A stretch of DNA of 64,000 nucleotides, taken from positions 3,808,001 through 3,872,000 of the forward strand of contig OZ243938.1 of the NCBI GenBank assembly GCA_965214095.1, given 5' to 3'. Within the stretch, counting starts at the first letter, position 1; each line of letters begins with the position of its first letter. Origin of the DNA: Candidatus Poribacteria bacterium (lineage in GTDB: Bacteria; Poribacteria; WGA-4E; WGA-3G). This document shows positions 51,093-61,897 of this stretch, piece after piece. The notes under the pieces are model-generated. The model had not been told where the DNA came from, ran no database searches, and worked only from the letters and a program-made list of their open reading frames with translations. The translations under genes were made by a program, and so were the position numbers.

Positions 51093-51832
51093 GAGTTCAT
51101 TTCCTTGCCACGTAGGACTTCACGTGATTGCGTTGTTCCATTACCTGTGACATTATATGCGAATGTATTCATTAGCCTGTCATTTTGCGAATTATTAGGT
51201 GCAGAGCCGTGTATGATAAGCGCATTGAAGAACACGGCATCTCCAGGATCCATTTCTACTGCAACAGCGTCTTCTCGTTCTTGATAGTGTCCGGGTAGAA
51301 ATACACCGAATGTTTGATGTTTACGTTCATGTTCTTGCAAACCCCAGTTATGACTTCCTGGCACAAACTGAATACATCCATTTTCAAGGTTCGCTTCGCT
51401 TATTGCAAGTTGACAATTTATCATAACTGGTTTGTTGTTGTCATTTTTCCAATAAGCGTAGTCTTGATGCCAAGGAATTGCTGTGCCATCACCACCTGCT
51501 TTCGGTAGAAGTTTGCTATGAAACAGTGATATGTCAGGACCCATCATGCCTTCCAGCGCATCCAGAACGGCATCGGAGCGGAGAAGTCTGTTTAGTGTTG
51601 GACTCACTACTTCACTGTGCATGAGTTGCTTAATTAGCGGTGGGTGATCAGGATCATCTTCGTAGACTTCCCACGAAATACCTATGCCTTGCGTTGGATT
51701 CTCTGCCATACGGTTGTGAATGTCGTCAACTTCTTCTAAAATACTTGTGATGTCTTCTGCGGAGACGAGTCCTTTTTTTAGAAGATAACCGTTGTCTTCA
51801 TAAAATTGTTTTTCTTTATCTGTGATTCCCAT
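51089..51832 (-). CDS. PhyH family 2OG-Fe(II) oxygenase
   Basis: PWHQDYAYW, ENGC....PGSH, HGS.PN.S...R. Confidence 0.92.
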   Translation of the reverse strand: MGITDKEKQFYEDNGYLLKKGLVSAEDITSILEEVDDIHNRMAENPTQGIGISWEVYEDDPDHPPLIKQLMHSEVVSPTLNRLLRSDAVLDALEGMMGPDISLFHSKLLPKAGGDGTAIPWHQDYAYWKNDNNKPVMINCQLAISEANLENGCIQFVPGSHNWGLQEHERKHQTFGVFLPGHYQEREDAVAVEMDPGDAVFFNALIIHGSAPNNSQNDRLMNTFAYNVTGNGTTQSREVLRGKEMNS

Positions 51833-51926
51833 TTATAGTTCCTTTTGACAATAAGATTTATAGTGAATTATAATGTAAATTTGCAGAAAAATCAAGGTTT
51901 TCCTAATTGAAAACCAAGGAACATCC

Positions 51927-52075
51927 AATTGTCAAGATTCAGTATTGTGATACTCACGACGACTAAAGTCGTGTGCTTCTTTAGCACACAACTCGCCTAT
52001 GTAATTCCTGCTTCCATCTCTCGTGCCTCCCTCCTGAGCTGCTTGAGGTCTTATATTGAATTGCACTCCAACTAA
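51927..52075 (-). ncRNA. Stand-alone TnpB-type omegaRNA-like locus
   Basis: Minus strand TGGAG..TAAGACCTC..GAGGCAC..GGAAGCAGGAA..GAAGCACACGACTTTAGTCGTCGTGAGTATCAC; promoter at 52109-52081. Confidence 0.6.
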
Positions 52076-52229
52076 CAGGTATAATGAATCGGGAAATCGT
52101 CTTTGTCAATGGTGTAATACTGCTTTTCATGAACCACTTTAATTAACGCATTGCATTGGAAAAGTGTTTACATCAGTTTTGAATACTGCTACAATACCGA
52201 CAGACATTAAGATGAAAACGGATGGTCTG

Positions 52230-52583
52230 ATGGATTACACGCTTGAAAACTGCCAAAAAATAGTTGACGAATGGATTAACTCAGTTGGTGTGCGATATTT
52301 TTCGGAACTGACAAATACTGCTATTCTCATGGAGGAGGTGGGTGAGTTAGCGAGAATAATGGCACGCAAGTTCGGTGATCAAAGTTTTAAGGACAATGAA
52401 GAAGATCTAAATCTTGCTGACGAGATAGCTGATATCCTTTTTGTTCTGATATGTTTGGCAAATCAAACAGGAGTCCACCTTGAAGATGCTTTCAAGCAGT
52501 CTATTCTAAAGAAAACAGGTCGTGATAGAGATCGTCATGCTAATAATCCTAAACTCTTTTCAGATAGTGGAGAAAAAGAATAA
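52230..52583 (+). CDS. MazG-like nucleotide pyrophosphohydrolase (YpjD-like)
   Basis: VD.WI....RYF.ELTN.A.L.EEVGELAR, DE.AD.LFVL.CLANQ. Confidence 0.9.
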   Translation: MDYTLENCQKIVDEWINSVGVRYFSELTNTAILMEEVGELARIMARKFGDQSFKDNEEDLNLADEIADILFVLICLANQTGVHLEDAFKQSILKKTGRDRDRHANNPKLFSDSGEKE

Positions 52584-55309
52584 TGACGCATAGAAGTTTA
52601 CCGTTTTTTCTGATTCTCCTACTGTTGACGATTTCTGGTTGTGTGTTTTACAAGAGTACCCAATCAAGTTCACAAGAGATCGTTGATCCGTTGATTGAAA
52701 GAAATCAGCAATGGCGTGACAATGTTGATGCGGGTAATGCAGCGATAAAACGGGGTCAATTACAGGATGCGCTTGCAGCATTCAACGCAGCCATAAAAAT
52801 CCATCCGAATTCAAGCCTACCCTATTATAAAATCGCTGAAATCTATCTACAACTTGATGAATATGAAAAAGCACGGGACGCATTTTACGCATTCTTAGAA
52901 CTTGAGCCAAATCATATCACTGCACTTAATTATGTTGGGTTTATTTTTGAGCAATTGAATGATTACAATAATGCAGCAAAGTATTATGAACGTGTGCTAA
53001 GTATTTCAGATGATGATCTCTACGCCCTAAACCATCTCGGTTTAGCCTACAAGCAGTTAAACCGACTTGATGAAGCAGAAGCTACACTTCTTAGGGTATT
53101 GACACTTGATCCGGAATGTGAGAGTCCGGCATCAGAAAATTTACATAATTATTTAGGATTAATATATCTGATGCGGGGTGAAGTCGGTGAAGCGATTGCG
53201 CAGCTACGAGCATCAATTCGCATTTTTCCTAATGATATCTGGGCAAGGCAGCGTTTGGCATCAGTTTTTGAAGACCACCAACGTTACTTTGAAGCACAAC
53301 TTCAATATCAGCAGCTTCTTGAAGTTGACTCCGATAACCTATATGCGAAGTCAAGATTGCAAGCACTTGCTCAACTTAGTCCTGTGGCGACTACCACAAT
53401 AAATGTCCCACCTGTCTCTATTATTGAAACAGATGTTAATAAAATCATTGCGGATGCTCCTACCTCAGAAGATTACCCTAATGCTGATGTCCTCATCCTG
53501 TTCAACCATTTTAGCCATGATGTCCTACCTACGGGACGGTCGCGTTATACTACGCATCAAGTTGTTAAAATACTCAACGAAAGAGGGATACAAAAATACG
53601 GTGATATTGCAATTCCATATCAACCGAATACCCAAAATATTGGCGTGAACATTGCCCGAACAATTGCACCAGATGGCACAGAACATATTCCGCCTGAAGA
53701 AGCATTCAATGATGTGACACCCCCAGGTTTGTTATCCTACAATTTGTATTCTGATATGATGTGGCGTGTGATTTCTATGGTAGGGTTGTCTCCAGGTGTA
53801 TGCATTGAATACCAAGTGACGCTTGAAGATAAATTAGAACAGGTAACCGGAAATAAAACCTGGATCACAGGTGGCTATAACTTTCAATCTTCAGAAGTTA
53901 CACTTGAAACGGTCTTTGCATTGAGATTCCCACAGGATTATCCTATCCAGTGGGAAACCGATAACTTTGAGATTAAACCAGAGATTTCTTACGATGACAA
54001 TGGGATTGTCTTGTATGTATGGCGGAATGGTGAAGTGCCAGCAATAAAGATAGAAGATAGAATGCCGCATATCAATGACATAGCAATGCGGTTGCGTTAT
54101 TCATCAATTGAATCTTGGCAGGACGTTTACAAGTGGTATAAAGATCTCGCGAAAGGTCGTTATGTTTCTGACGAGCATATACAGTATACTGTAGAACAAC
54201 TCATAGAAAACCTAAAAACCGACAACGATATTATTCGGGCAATATATCACTTTGTTTCCAAACAGATCCGTTACGTAGGAATTGAGCTTGGACAGAGTGC
54301 CTACCAACCATCTGCTGCAACGGAAGTGCTGCAAAAACAGTATGGAGATTGTAAGGATAAAACGACTTTGCTTATTTCAATGTTGGATCTCGTTGGTATC
54401 AAGGCGTATCCTGTAATGGTTAGCACGGCTCCTTATGAAAGAGTTAATATGACCTTGCCATCACTCAGTCAATTTAATCACATGATCGCAGCTGTTCCAA
54501 CGGGAAAACGGAAATATATCTGGATGGACCCTACATCTAATACTTGTGGTTACGGAGATTTACCTTATAAGAACCAAGGACGAGTGGGATTCCTTATTGG
54601 AGATAGAGATGGTACTTTTGTTGATATTCCCATATTTCCAGCAGAATCAAATAAATTGGTATCTAAAACGGAGTTATGGTTAAATGATGAAGGTAAGACA
54701 AGAGGTGAAATACAAATTCGTTTGACTGGACAATATAATCTAAGTACCCGTTGGAGTTATAAACAGATTCCACCATCAGAATGGAAGAACACTCTTGCTG
54801 CTGAACTCAATCCGCTTTTTCCAAATATCGTTATAGACGATGCCACAATCTCCGATTTATATGATTCGGATTCACCACTTAAAATAAAAGTAGACTTTCA
54901 CATTGAAAACAGTGTAACGGAACTCAATGATCAAGCTTTGCTTCAGATGCCGATAGATGAATTTTCTGACTATGCGGAAATTGTAGCCGCTGCAGAACGT
55001 TTTTATCCTCTTGACCTATACTATCCGATACAGATAGAGAAAACAATTCAGATTCACTTACCAGATGGTTGGTCAACTGTGTTGCCTGCTGACATTAAAA
55101 AGGAGACGAGTTTTGCTTCATTGCATAGGCAGTATAGACAACATGAGAATATAGTCCTTTATCAATTAGTTCTGACATTAAGGCAACAGTCAATTCCTGC
55201 TGTGGCATATACAGAAGCCAAACAATTCTTCAATCTACTTGCGGATGAGGATGGCAGTAGTCTCCTATTGAAGACAACCAACGATGATATATCTAACTTA
55301 AGAAATTAA
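52583..55309 (+). CDS. Lipoprotein: TPR + DUF3857 + transglutaminase-like domain
   Basis: Lipobox TISGC; TPRs; IRYV.IE.G, GDCKDK, FNH.I, W.DPT triad. Confidence 0.88.
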   Translation: MTHRSLPFFLILLLLTISGCVFYKSTQSSSQEIVDPLIERNQQWRDNVDAGNAAIKRGQLQDALAAFNAAIKIHPNSSLPYYKIAEIYLQLDEYEKARDAFYAFLELEPNHITALNYVGFIFEQLNDYNNAAKYYERVLSISDDDLYALNHLGLAYKQLNRLDEAEATLLRVLTLDPECESPASENLHNYLGLIYLMRGEVGEAIAQLRASIRIFPNDIWARQRLASVFEDHQRYFEAQLQYQQLLEVDSDNLYAKSRLQALAQLSPVATTTINVPPVSIIETDVNKIIADAPTSEDYPNADVLILFNHFSHDVLPTGRSRYTTHQVVKILNERGIQKYGDIAIPYQPNTQNIGVNIARTIAPDGTEHIPPEEAFNDVTPPGLLSYNLYSDMMWRVISMVGLSPGVCIEYQVTLEDKLEQVTGNKTWITGGYNFQSSEVTLETVFALRFPQDYPIQWETDNFEIKPEISYDDNGIVLYVWRNGEVPAIKIEDRMPHINDIAMRLRYSSIESWQDVYKWYKDLAKGRYVSDEHIQYTVEQLIENLKTDNDIIRAIYHFVSKQIRYVGIELGQSAYQPSAATEVLQKQYGDCKDKTTLLISMLDLVGIKAYPVMVSTAPYERVNMTLPSLSQFNHMIAAVPTGKRKYIWMDPTSNTCGYGDLPYKNQGRVGFLIGDRDGTFVDIPIFPAESNKLVSKTELWLNDEGKTRGEIQIRLTGQYNLSTRWSYKQIPPSEWKNTLAAELNPLFPNIVIDDATISDLYDSDSPLKIKVDFHIENSVTELNDQALLQMPIDEFSDYAEIVAAAERFYPLDLYYPIQIEKTIQIHLPDGWSTVLPADIKKETSFASLHRQYRQHENIVLYQLVLTLRQQSIPAVAYTEAKQFFNLLADEDGSSLLLKTTNDDISNLRN

Positions 55310-55430
55310 TGCTTTTTTATAGTTTAGAAATAACTTCATCCTTTTAATTTTTAATAAATTATTCTGATTCTATTTTTAACAATTTTGATTATGATCTTAT
55401 CCTACATATATTATAAGGGGAAGCAATTAT

Positions 55431-57035
55431 ATGAATGACAACAGAAAACCTAATATTGTTCTCATCCTAAACGATGATATGGGATTTTCAGATTTAGGGT
55501 GCTATGGTGGTGAAGTCAATACACCGAATTTGGATCGGCTCGCGGCAGGTGGACTTCGGTGGACGCAATTTTACAATACCGCACGATGCTGTCCGTCACG
55601 GGCATCAATGCTTACCGGTCTCCATCCACATCAAACCGGTGTAGGACACATGATGAGTGATGATGGATTAGAAGGGTATCGTGGAGACCTGAATGATCGT
55701 TGCATCACGATTGCGGATGCTGTCCGATCCGAAGGCTATGGCACGTATATGAGTGGAAAATGGCATATTTCCAGACATACTGGTCCAGATGGTCCTAAAC
55801 ATAGTTGGCCCTGCCAGCGGGGTTTTGATGAATATTACGGTATAATTACAGGGGCTGCTAACTTTTGGAAACCGAACACATTGACGCGGAATAATACGCG
55901 TCTTGATAGTGATGACCTGCCAGAAGGATATTTTTTTACAGATGCTGTAAGTGATGAAGCAGTGAATTTTATTCAGAATCACCATAATAAGAAAGGTGAT
56001 AGTCCGTTTTTCACTTATGTTGCCTACACCGCACCGCATTGGCCGCTACATGCACACGATGAAGACATAGCGGAATACAATGGAAGGTTTGCAGCAGGTT
56101 GGGATGAACTCCGAGAAGAACGTCTATCACGCATGCGTGAAATGAAGTTACTTGATGAATCATGGGGACTGACTGCTCGCGATCCATCACAACTTCCGTG
56201 GAGTGAAGCACAATATAAGGAATGGAACCAACGTCGGATGGAGGTCTATGCAGCACAGATAACACGCATGGATGCTGGTATAGGACGAATCATTGATTCA
56301 CTTGAAGAAACGGGACAATTAGAGAATACCCTTATCCTGTTTTTAGCAGATAACGGTGGGTGTGCCGAGGAACTCGGTGGTCCACCTGCAGTGCGTGATA
56401 GAGATACACATATTAGCACACAGTTGACCTCAGATGGAAAACCTGTTTATCGTGGTAACGATCCGAGTATTATGCCAGGACCCGAAACCACCTATCAGAG
56501 TTATGGTGTGCCGTGGGCAAATCTATCAAATACTCCGTTCCGTCTTTATAAACACTGGGTGCACGAAGGGGGAATTGCAACGCCATTGATAGCACATTGG
56601 CCAGATGCAATCAATTCGGCAGGTGAACTCCGTCATCAACCAGGGCAGCTTCCAGACATCATGGCAACTTGTCTTGAGGTATCTGGTGCTTCATATCCTG
56701 AAGAACATGAAGGCAACCCTATTTTACCTTTAGAAGGGACAAGTTTAGTTCCAATTTTTGATGATAAAGATAACGGTAAAGAAATCCTATTTTGGGAACA
56801 CGAAGGTAACTGTGCTATTCGTCAAGGGGATATGAAGCTTGTCTGTAGATTCCCTGGTGATTGGGAATTGTACGATCTCCAAGCGGAACGAACGGAAATC
56901 AACAATATCGCCGACAAGCATTCGGAAAAGGTGAAAGAATTAGATGGTTTGTACCAAGACTGGACGAACCGCTGCTTTATATACCCTTGGGATAAACTTC
57001 AGGAACACCGTAGACAACGTAGACAGAATAGATGA
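55431..57035 (+). CDS. Arylsulfatase
   Basis: DDMGFSD, RCCPSRASMLTG, GKWH, APHWPLHA. Confidence 0.93.
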   Translation: MNDNRKPNIVLILNDDMGFSDLGCYGGEVNTPNLDRLAAGGLRWTQFYNTARCCPSRASMLTGLHPHQTGVGHMMSDDGLEGYRGDLNDRCITIADAVRSEGYGTYMSGKWHISRHTGPDGPKHSWPCQRGFDEYYGIITGAANFWKPNTLTRNNTRLDSDDLPEGYFFTDAVSDEAVNFIQNHHNKKGDSPFFTYVAYTAPHWPLHAHDEDIAEYNGRFAAGWDELREERLSRMREMKLLDESWGLTARDPSQLPWSEAQYKEWNQRRMEVYAAQITRMDAGIGRIIDSLEETGQLENTLILFLADNGGCAEELGGPPAVRDRDTHISTQLTSDGKPVYRGNDPSIMPGPETTYQSYGVPWANLSNTPFRLYKHWVHEGGIATPLIAHWPDAINSAGELRHQPGQLPDIMATCLEVSGASYPEEHEGNPILPLEGTSLVPIFDDKDNGKEILFWEHEGNCAIRQGDMKLVCRFPGDWELYDLQAERTEINNIADKHSEKVKELDGLYQDWTNRCFIYPWDKLQEHRRQRRQNR

Positions 57036-57131
57036 TAGACGGAAAAACATTTTCGTCTAAAATGATTAGATAAGAATATGATTGCGTACCTAGAATTATG
57101 TTGTTGAATGTAAATAATAAGGAGAAAGAGA

Positions 57132-57638
57132 ATGGTTGAAATTGGAGGACAGACGTTCTCATCAGTTGCAGATGTGCGAAAGCATGTACATGATCTGTTA
57201 AGCAATTTCCCGATGGATGAACCGTTAACAGGGACAGATGGTGCAATAATCCAGGAACTTTTCTTATGCCATCCCGATGCCGAAGAGAAAATTGGGGACA
57301 AGGAAATACAGTTCTTTAAGGTTGGGAAACATCAGCAGGCAGGGGCACGCGCATTTTGTATTGTGCGGTCAGATGATTCTGAAGAGACATTCAGTATGAA
57401 AAAGTGTGTTTCTGCATGGACACAGACACAGAAAACAGATGCATCAGCAAAAACTGCTAAAAGTCAGAAACCGAAACCACAGCAAGTTGTCAATACATTA
57501 GATTTAGAGACTGGGACAGATGTAGAAGGATTAGCTGGACTCATAATTCGCTTTCAACGTGTTGTGGATCTTCATGCACAACTCGGTCTGGAGATTCAGC
57601 AGATACAAAAAATATTGGCGGAAGAATCAAAGCAGTAG
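57132..57638 (+). CDS. DCL/DUF3223-like domain protein
   Basis: HP.A.EKIG...I..F.V..H....R.F..VR.D...E.FS..KC. Confidence 0.75.
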   Translation: MVEIGGQTFSSVADVRKHVHDLLSNFPMDEPLTGTDGAIIQELFLCHPDAEEKIGDKEIQFFKVGKHQQAGARAFCIVRSDDSEETFSMKKCVSAWTQTQKTDASAKTAKSQKPKPQQVVNTLDLETGTDVEGLAGLIIRFQRVVDLHAQLGLEIQQIQKILAEESKQ

Positions 57639-57687
57639 GAACTAATGATGTATGTGGTTTTCCTGACATTAGACACACATCATGATT

Positions 57688-57713
57688 TAGGCGCGCTTAA
57701 AAAGCGCGCCTAC
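57688..57713. terminator. GTAG-type palindrome between convergent genes
   Basis: TAGGCGCGCT-TAAAA-AGCGCGCCTA. Confidence 0.65.
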
Positions 57714-57737
57714 TGCTTTGTGTAAGTTTACCTAATG

Positions 57738-58835
57738 TTATGCACTACATGCAAGCATTTTCAAACAAACTGGGTTCGGCACTTCAGTGACGTTTCCTGT
57801 ATCAGTGAGTTGACCAGTATCAGGATTGACTGCAAATGTAACTATATTACTGGTCTGTTGATTAGCAGCTAAAAGAAAGGTGCCTTCAGGATTCAATCCA
57901 AAGTTTCGTGGTGCTTGCCCTTGTGTAGATTCACAACCGGTATAATTTAACATACCAGTTTCTTGATCAATAGCGCAGATGACGATACTATCATGCCCGC
58001 GATTTGAACCGTAGAGGAATTTCCCAGATGGATGCACATGAACATCTGCGCAGTGACTTGTTCCATCAAAGTCATCGGGTAACGTAGAAATAGATTGGAT
58101 TTCAGTGAGTGAACCTGTGTTTGCATCATAGCGAAATGCAGTGAAGGTAGAATCCAATTCATTGATAACATACGCATATTTTCCATTTGGGTGAAAATCA
58201 AGGTGTCTTGGACCTGCTCCTGGATGTACCCGTGCCCATGGTTGTGTGTTCGCATTGAGTTTTCCGTTGTCTAAATCCAGTTGATAGATGAGTATTTTAT
58301 CTAGACCTAAGTCTGGGGCAAATGCATAACGGTTATCAGGATCGATCATAATGGCATGTGCGTGTGGTTCAGATTGCCGTCCGGGATTGATACTTGATCC
58401 TTGATGTTGTACAAAACTTGAAGCTTCAGCCAGCCTGCCATCTTTTCCGATGGGGAATGCAGCGACACTTCCGCCGCCGTAATTTGCAACAAGCAGGTAT
58501 TTGCCTGTTGCATCAACACTCACATGACAAGGGGCACCACCACCTGTAGCCTGTTGGTTTAGGAAGCTAATCTCTCCTGTGCTTCCATGAATGTAAAATG
58601 CTGTGACTGCGCCGCTTGCTTTGCCTTCAAATTCGCCAATTTCATTTACCGAGAAAAGGTAACGTCCACTGGGATGGATATCCAAAAATGATGGATTTAC
58701 CACACCCGTTATCTTACTGGAATATTCTAATGCACCTGTTTCTCCGTCCATGTGATAGACATATATTCCTTCGCTATCACCGTGTGTATATGTGCCAACG
58801 TAAACGTAATAATCTTGATTGTTTTCTTTTGCCAT
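57738..58835 (-). CDS. pgl: Lactonase family protein (6-phosphogluconolactonase-like beta-propeller)
   Basis: VGTYT, VANY.GG, PHAH, PDLG.D, GAGPRH, SNRGHDS, PRNF. Confidence 0.88.
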   Translation of the reverse strand: MAKENNQDYYVYVGTYTHGDSEGIYVYHMDGETGALEYSSKITGVVNPSFLDIHPSGRYLFSVNEIGEFEGKASGAVTAFYIHGSTGEISFLNQQATGGGAPCHVSVDATGKYLLVANYGGGSVAAFPIGKDGRLAEASSFVQHQGSSINPGRQSEPHAHAIMIDPDNRYAFAPDLGLDKILIYQLDLDNGKLNANTQPWARVHPGAGPRHLDFHPNGKYAYVINELDSTFTAFRYDANTGSLTEIQSISTLPDDFDGTSHCADVHVHPSGKFLYGSNRGHDSIVICAIDQETGMLNYTGCESTQGQAPRNFGLNPEGTFLLAANQQTSNIVTFAVNPDTGQLTDTGNVTEVPNPVCLKMLACSA

Positions 58836-58861
58836 TAAATGTTTCTCCTTGCTGAAATAAA

Positions 58862-60466
58862 CTAAATAAGCTTTACATGAAGGGAGTTCTCATCACTCTC
58901 TTTATAGCCAATCCGTATTGCTTTTGTGCGTATGGTGGTTTCACCTTTTGGTAAACGTAGTGGTTCTGTATACAGTATCCAATGTACATCCTCTCCCTGT
59001 TCCATAGTATAAGCGATTGATGCACCCTGTGTGGAACAGTGAAGTTGTAATAGCATTGGTGCTTCCCATTCTCCATTCTCCACAGCTGGTTGTCTGCCTG
59101 GATTTGAGGTGTTTATTGGGATGAAAATTGGGGACGCTGTTTGTGGTTGTTCTCCATTTGGATACCACTTCGCTTTCATCTGTTCTTCGGAAATATCTCC
59201 CATATCTCCGAATGTGGATTGCCATTCTGCTAATGTATTCCGCATCCGTTCAAGCACATCTGCATGTGAGGCATCCTCTGCTAAGTTGCTGAGTTCAAAT
59301 TTATCGTTTTCAACATCGTAGAGTTCCTCTGCGGGTCGGGGGTATTGGAACATGGTCAATTGATCACCCTCTAATTTGTCTTCAGCATAAAGTCGCCACA
59401 TTTCCTGCATCACAGGATGTCGGTTGCGGTAAGGAATCCAGAGGAGATAAGGTTTTTCTGGATAGTAATTTCTAATATATTTATATTTTTTATCGCGCAC
59501 AGCACGTATCATGTCATAAGATTCATCATATCTGTCGCGAGTTGCGAAGATGTAATCACGTTCAACTTTCTGTGGTCCGAGGAAGGGTTGTCCCTGTATG
59601 TGCTGCGGCACTTGTACACCACACAACGATAATACAGTGGGTCCAAGGTCAATTAAACTGACTAATTGATCACTTTCGCTGTTTGGTGTAATTTCCTCGT
59701 GCCAACGTACGATGAGTGGTATCCGTATTCCTGCGTCATAGGGCCACCGTTTACCACGTGGGAGTCCTTCTCCGTGGTCACTCCAGATAAAGACGATAGT
59801 GTTTTCAGCGAGTCCATCTTCCTCCAATTGGTCTAACAGTTCACCGACACGTGCATCTGAAGTAGCGAGATTATCGTATTGTCGTGCTAATGCTTCGCGT
59901 GCTTTCGGTGTATCTGGTAAATATGGAGGTAACTCCACATCATCAGGATTAGTGGTTATTGGTCTGTCGTCTCTGTCCCACATTCCGCTTTCGTGTGTGA
60001 CAGTGGGATTGAAAACTGAAAAGAAAGGTTGTCCTTCCTCACGATTTCGCCAGTGACCTTGGTTGCTGTTGTCATCCCAAGCAGTGATAGGTGGGGTGAA
60101 CTGATAGTCTGTTTTGTTGTTGTTTGTGCAGTAGTAACCAGCAGCTCGTAGATATTCAGTAAAGGTCTTAACATAGTGAGGAAGCACTGCAGAATAGGGG
60201 GTTGGCATGTTCGGTGTATTGCGGTTGGTATGTCCTGTCCGCATGTGGTGTGTGCCTATAGAGGTTTGATACATGCCTGTGATAATAGCGGAACGACTCG
60301 GTGCACAGACACCAGCTGTTGAAAACGCGTTTGGAAACCGACATCCGCTGGCAGCGAGTCGGTCGATGTTTGGTGTACGTGCGATTGGGTCACCATAGCA
60401 ACCGAACCGTGGTGTTGTGTCTTCTAAAGATATCCAAAGAATGTTAGGACGATCTGATATGTTCAT
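58862..60466 (-). CDS. Sulfatase with C-terminal Fn3-associated/CHB_HEX_C-like domain
   Basis: VCAPSRSAIITG, KTDYQF, SDHG; T.GASIAYT...W.LYT.P. Confidence 0.92.
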   Translation of the reverse strand: MNISDRPNILWISLEDTTPRFGCYGDPIARTPNIDRLAASGCRFPNAFSTAGVCAPSRSAIITGMYQTSIGTHHMRTGHTNRNTPNMPTPYSAVLPHYVKTFTEYLRAAGYYCTNNNKTDYQFTPPITAWDDNSNQGHWRNREEGQPFFSVFNPTVTHESGMWDRDDRPITTNPDDVELPPYLPDTPKAREALARQYDNLATSDARVGELLDQLEEDGLAENTIVFIWSDHGEGLPRGKRWPYDAGIRIPLIVRWHEEITPNSESDQLVSLIDLGPTVLSLCGVQVPQHIQGQPFLGPQKVERDYIFATRDRYDESYDMIRAVRDKKYKYIRNYYPEKPYLLWIPYRNRHPVMQEMWRLYAEDKLEGDQLTMFQYPRPAEELYDVENDKFELSNLAEDASHADVLERMRNTLAEWQSTFGDMGDISEEQMKAKWYPNGEQPQTASPIFIPINTSNPGRQPAVENGEWEAPMLLQLHCSTQGASIAYTMEQGEDVHWILYTEPLRLPKGETTIRTKAIRIGYKESDENSLHVKLI

Positions 60467-60571
60467 TCTGACTCCCTTTTTTACAAAGATTGTACCCTAA
60501 ACAGCGGTTTAAGTCAACATGGTTGTGAAGTTGTATGCGGGGTTATCGCGCCAAAGTACCGTTAAGTATAT

Positions 60572-61885
60572 TCAAGAATCCTCAGACATAACACAACGAA
60601 ACCCTATGCTATAGCACGTATATCTTGGTGTATTCCGAGAACGGTAAGCAACCCGTACATTCTGAGGTGTACTCACACAGGATCCTCCTCGCAATATCCG
60701 AGAAGACTTGATTTCCGTATAATTATTCACAGTACCATTTATACTTTCTCCTGAAATTGGGTTGTTCTCTGGTGAACGCGCGTAGAAATTTCTATCCCAT
60801 TTATCAAGACACCATTCATATACATTTCCCACTACATCATACAAGCCGTAGCCATTTGCAGGATATTGACCTACAGCTGTTGTCTTACCAATCCAAGCAT
60901 CATAGTTCACATAAGTGGTATCTATTGTGTCTCCCCACGGATATTTTTCTCCAGTGAGTCCTCCGCGTGCAGCCTTTTCCCATTCCGCCTCTGTTGGGAG
61001 TCTCTTACCTACCCAACGCGCATAAGCCATCGCAGCATACCAACTCACCCAAGTGACCGGATGGTCTTCCTCTCCTCTCGGAAAAATCCCAAAATTCCAA
61101 TTCTTCAAGTACTCACCATCGTGATATTTCCGTGGAATGCTTTCTATACCGCTTTTTCCCATTTCATACCATTTTGCTGGTTTGCACCATTCTGGATTAG
61201 CATCAACAAATTCCTTATATTGTGCGTTCGTCACAGGATATTTGTCAATATAGTAACCATCTAAATAGACAGAATGTACAGGTTTCTCATCGCTATATGC
61301 AATTATCTCTTCACTTCCCATTTGAAAACTACCAGATTGGATAAGTAGCATCCCTTCCTTTTCTGTCGGTGTCGGTATAGAGAGTTCTTCATGTTCAGAA
61401 GGAACAGTAAGCGTCTGTTCAGGAACTTCTTCTGTTTGATCTGATACAAATTCTATTGGTGATGTCTCATTACCTTGTAGAGAAGCAATATATAACTGTC
61501 GCTTTTCTGTATCTATGAGAACGTCACGCGCTTGATTTAAGAGTGTACGCCATTGTCCTTCTGTTCTACCATCAGCACGGGGACGACCACCCGCCTGCAA
61601 AGAAGCACTATACAATCTTTTATGTCCAGCCTCAACAAGATTCTGGATTTCTGCTTCATCTATGCTTCGGAACGCATCAGTAGAAAATCCTAATACATCA
61701 AAAAAACTTATATCTTCACCAACAACCAAACCGAGAGACACAAATATCTCTGTAGCCTCATCAACAGATAGACCATAGTTTTGCACTGCTTGGCGTATGA
61801 GACCCTTACGTTGATCGTTAGATATAGTTGGAGAAGCATCTCTCAGCGCACTAATTATTGTAATGAAGTCATCACGGTTTGCCAT
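60572..61885 (-). CDS. J-like N-terminal module + FGE-sulfatase (SUMF1/CLec-fold) domain
   Basis: [35 protein letters not shown]. Confidence 0.88.
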   Translation of the reverse strand: MANRDDFITIISALRDASPTISNDQRKGLIRQAVQNYGLSVDEATEIFVSLGLVVGEDISFFDVLGFSTDAFRSIDEAEIQNLVEAGHKRLYSASLQAGGRPRADGRTEGQWRTLLNQARDVLIDTEKRQLYIASLQGNETSPIEFVSDQTEEVPEQTLTVPSEHEELSIPTPTEKEGMLLIQSGSFQMGSEEIIAYSDEKPVHSVYLDGYYIDKYPVTNAQYKEFVDANPEWCKPAKWYEMGKSGIESIPRKYHDGEYLKNWNFGIFPRGEEDHPVTWVSWYAAMAYARWVGKRLPTEAEWEKAARGGLTGEKYPWGDTIDTTYVNYDAWIGKTTAVGQYPANGYGLYDVVGNVYEWCLDKWDRNFYARSPENNPISGESINGTVNNYTEIKSSRILRGGSCVSTPQNVRVAYRSRNTPRYTCYSIGFRCVMSEDS

Positions 61886-61897
61886 ACAATTATACCG

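Noticed and set aside
52116-52122. AATACTG seed match next to the omegaRNA's own promoter (autoregulation)
   Set aside because: A 7-nt AT-rich word that recurs several times nearby; not distinguishable from chance.
60572-61885. True formylglycine-generating enzyme for the neighbouring sulfatases
   Set aside because: Lacks the two-Cys catalytic motif after RGGS and carries an unrelated N-terminal module.
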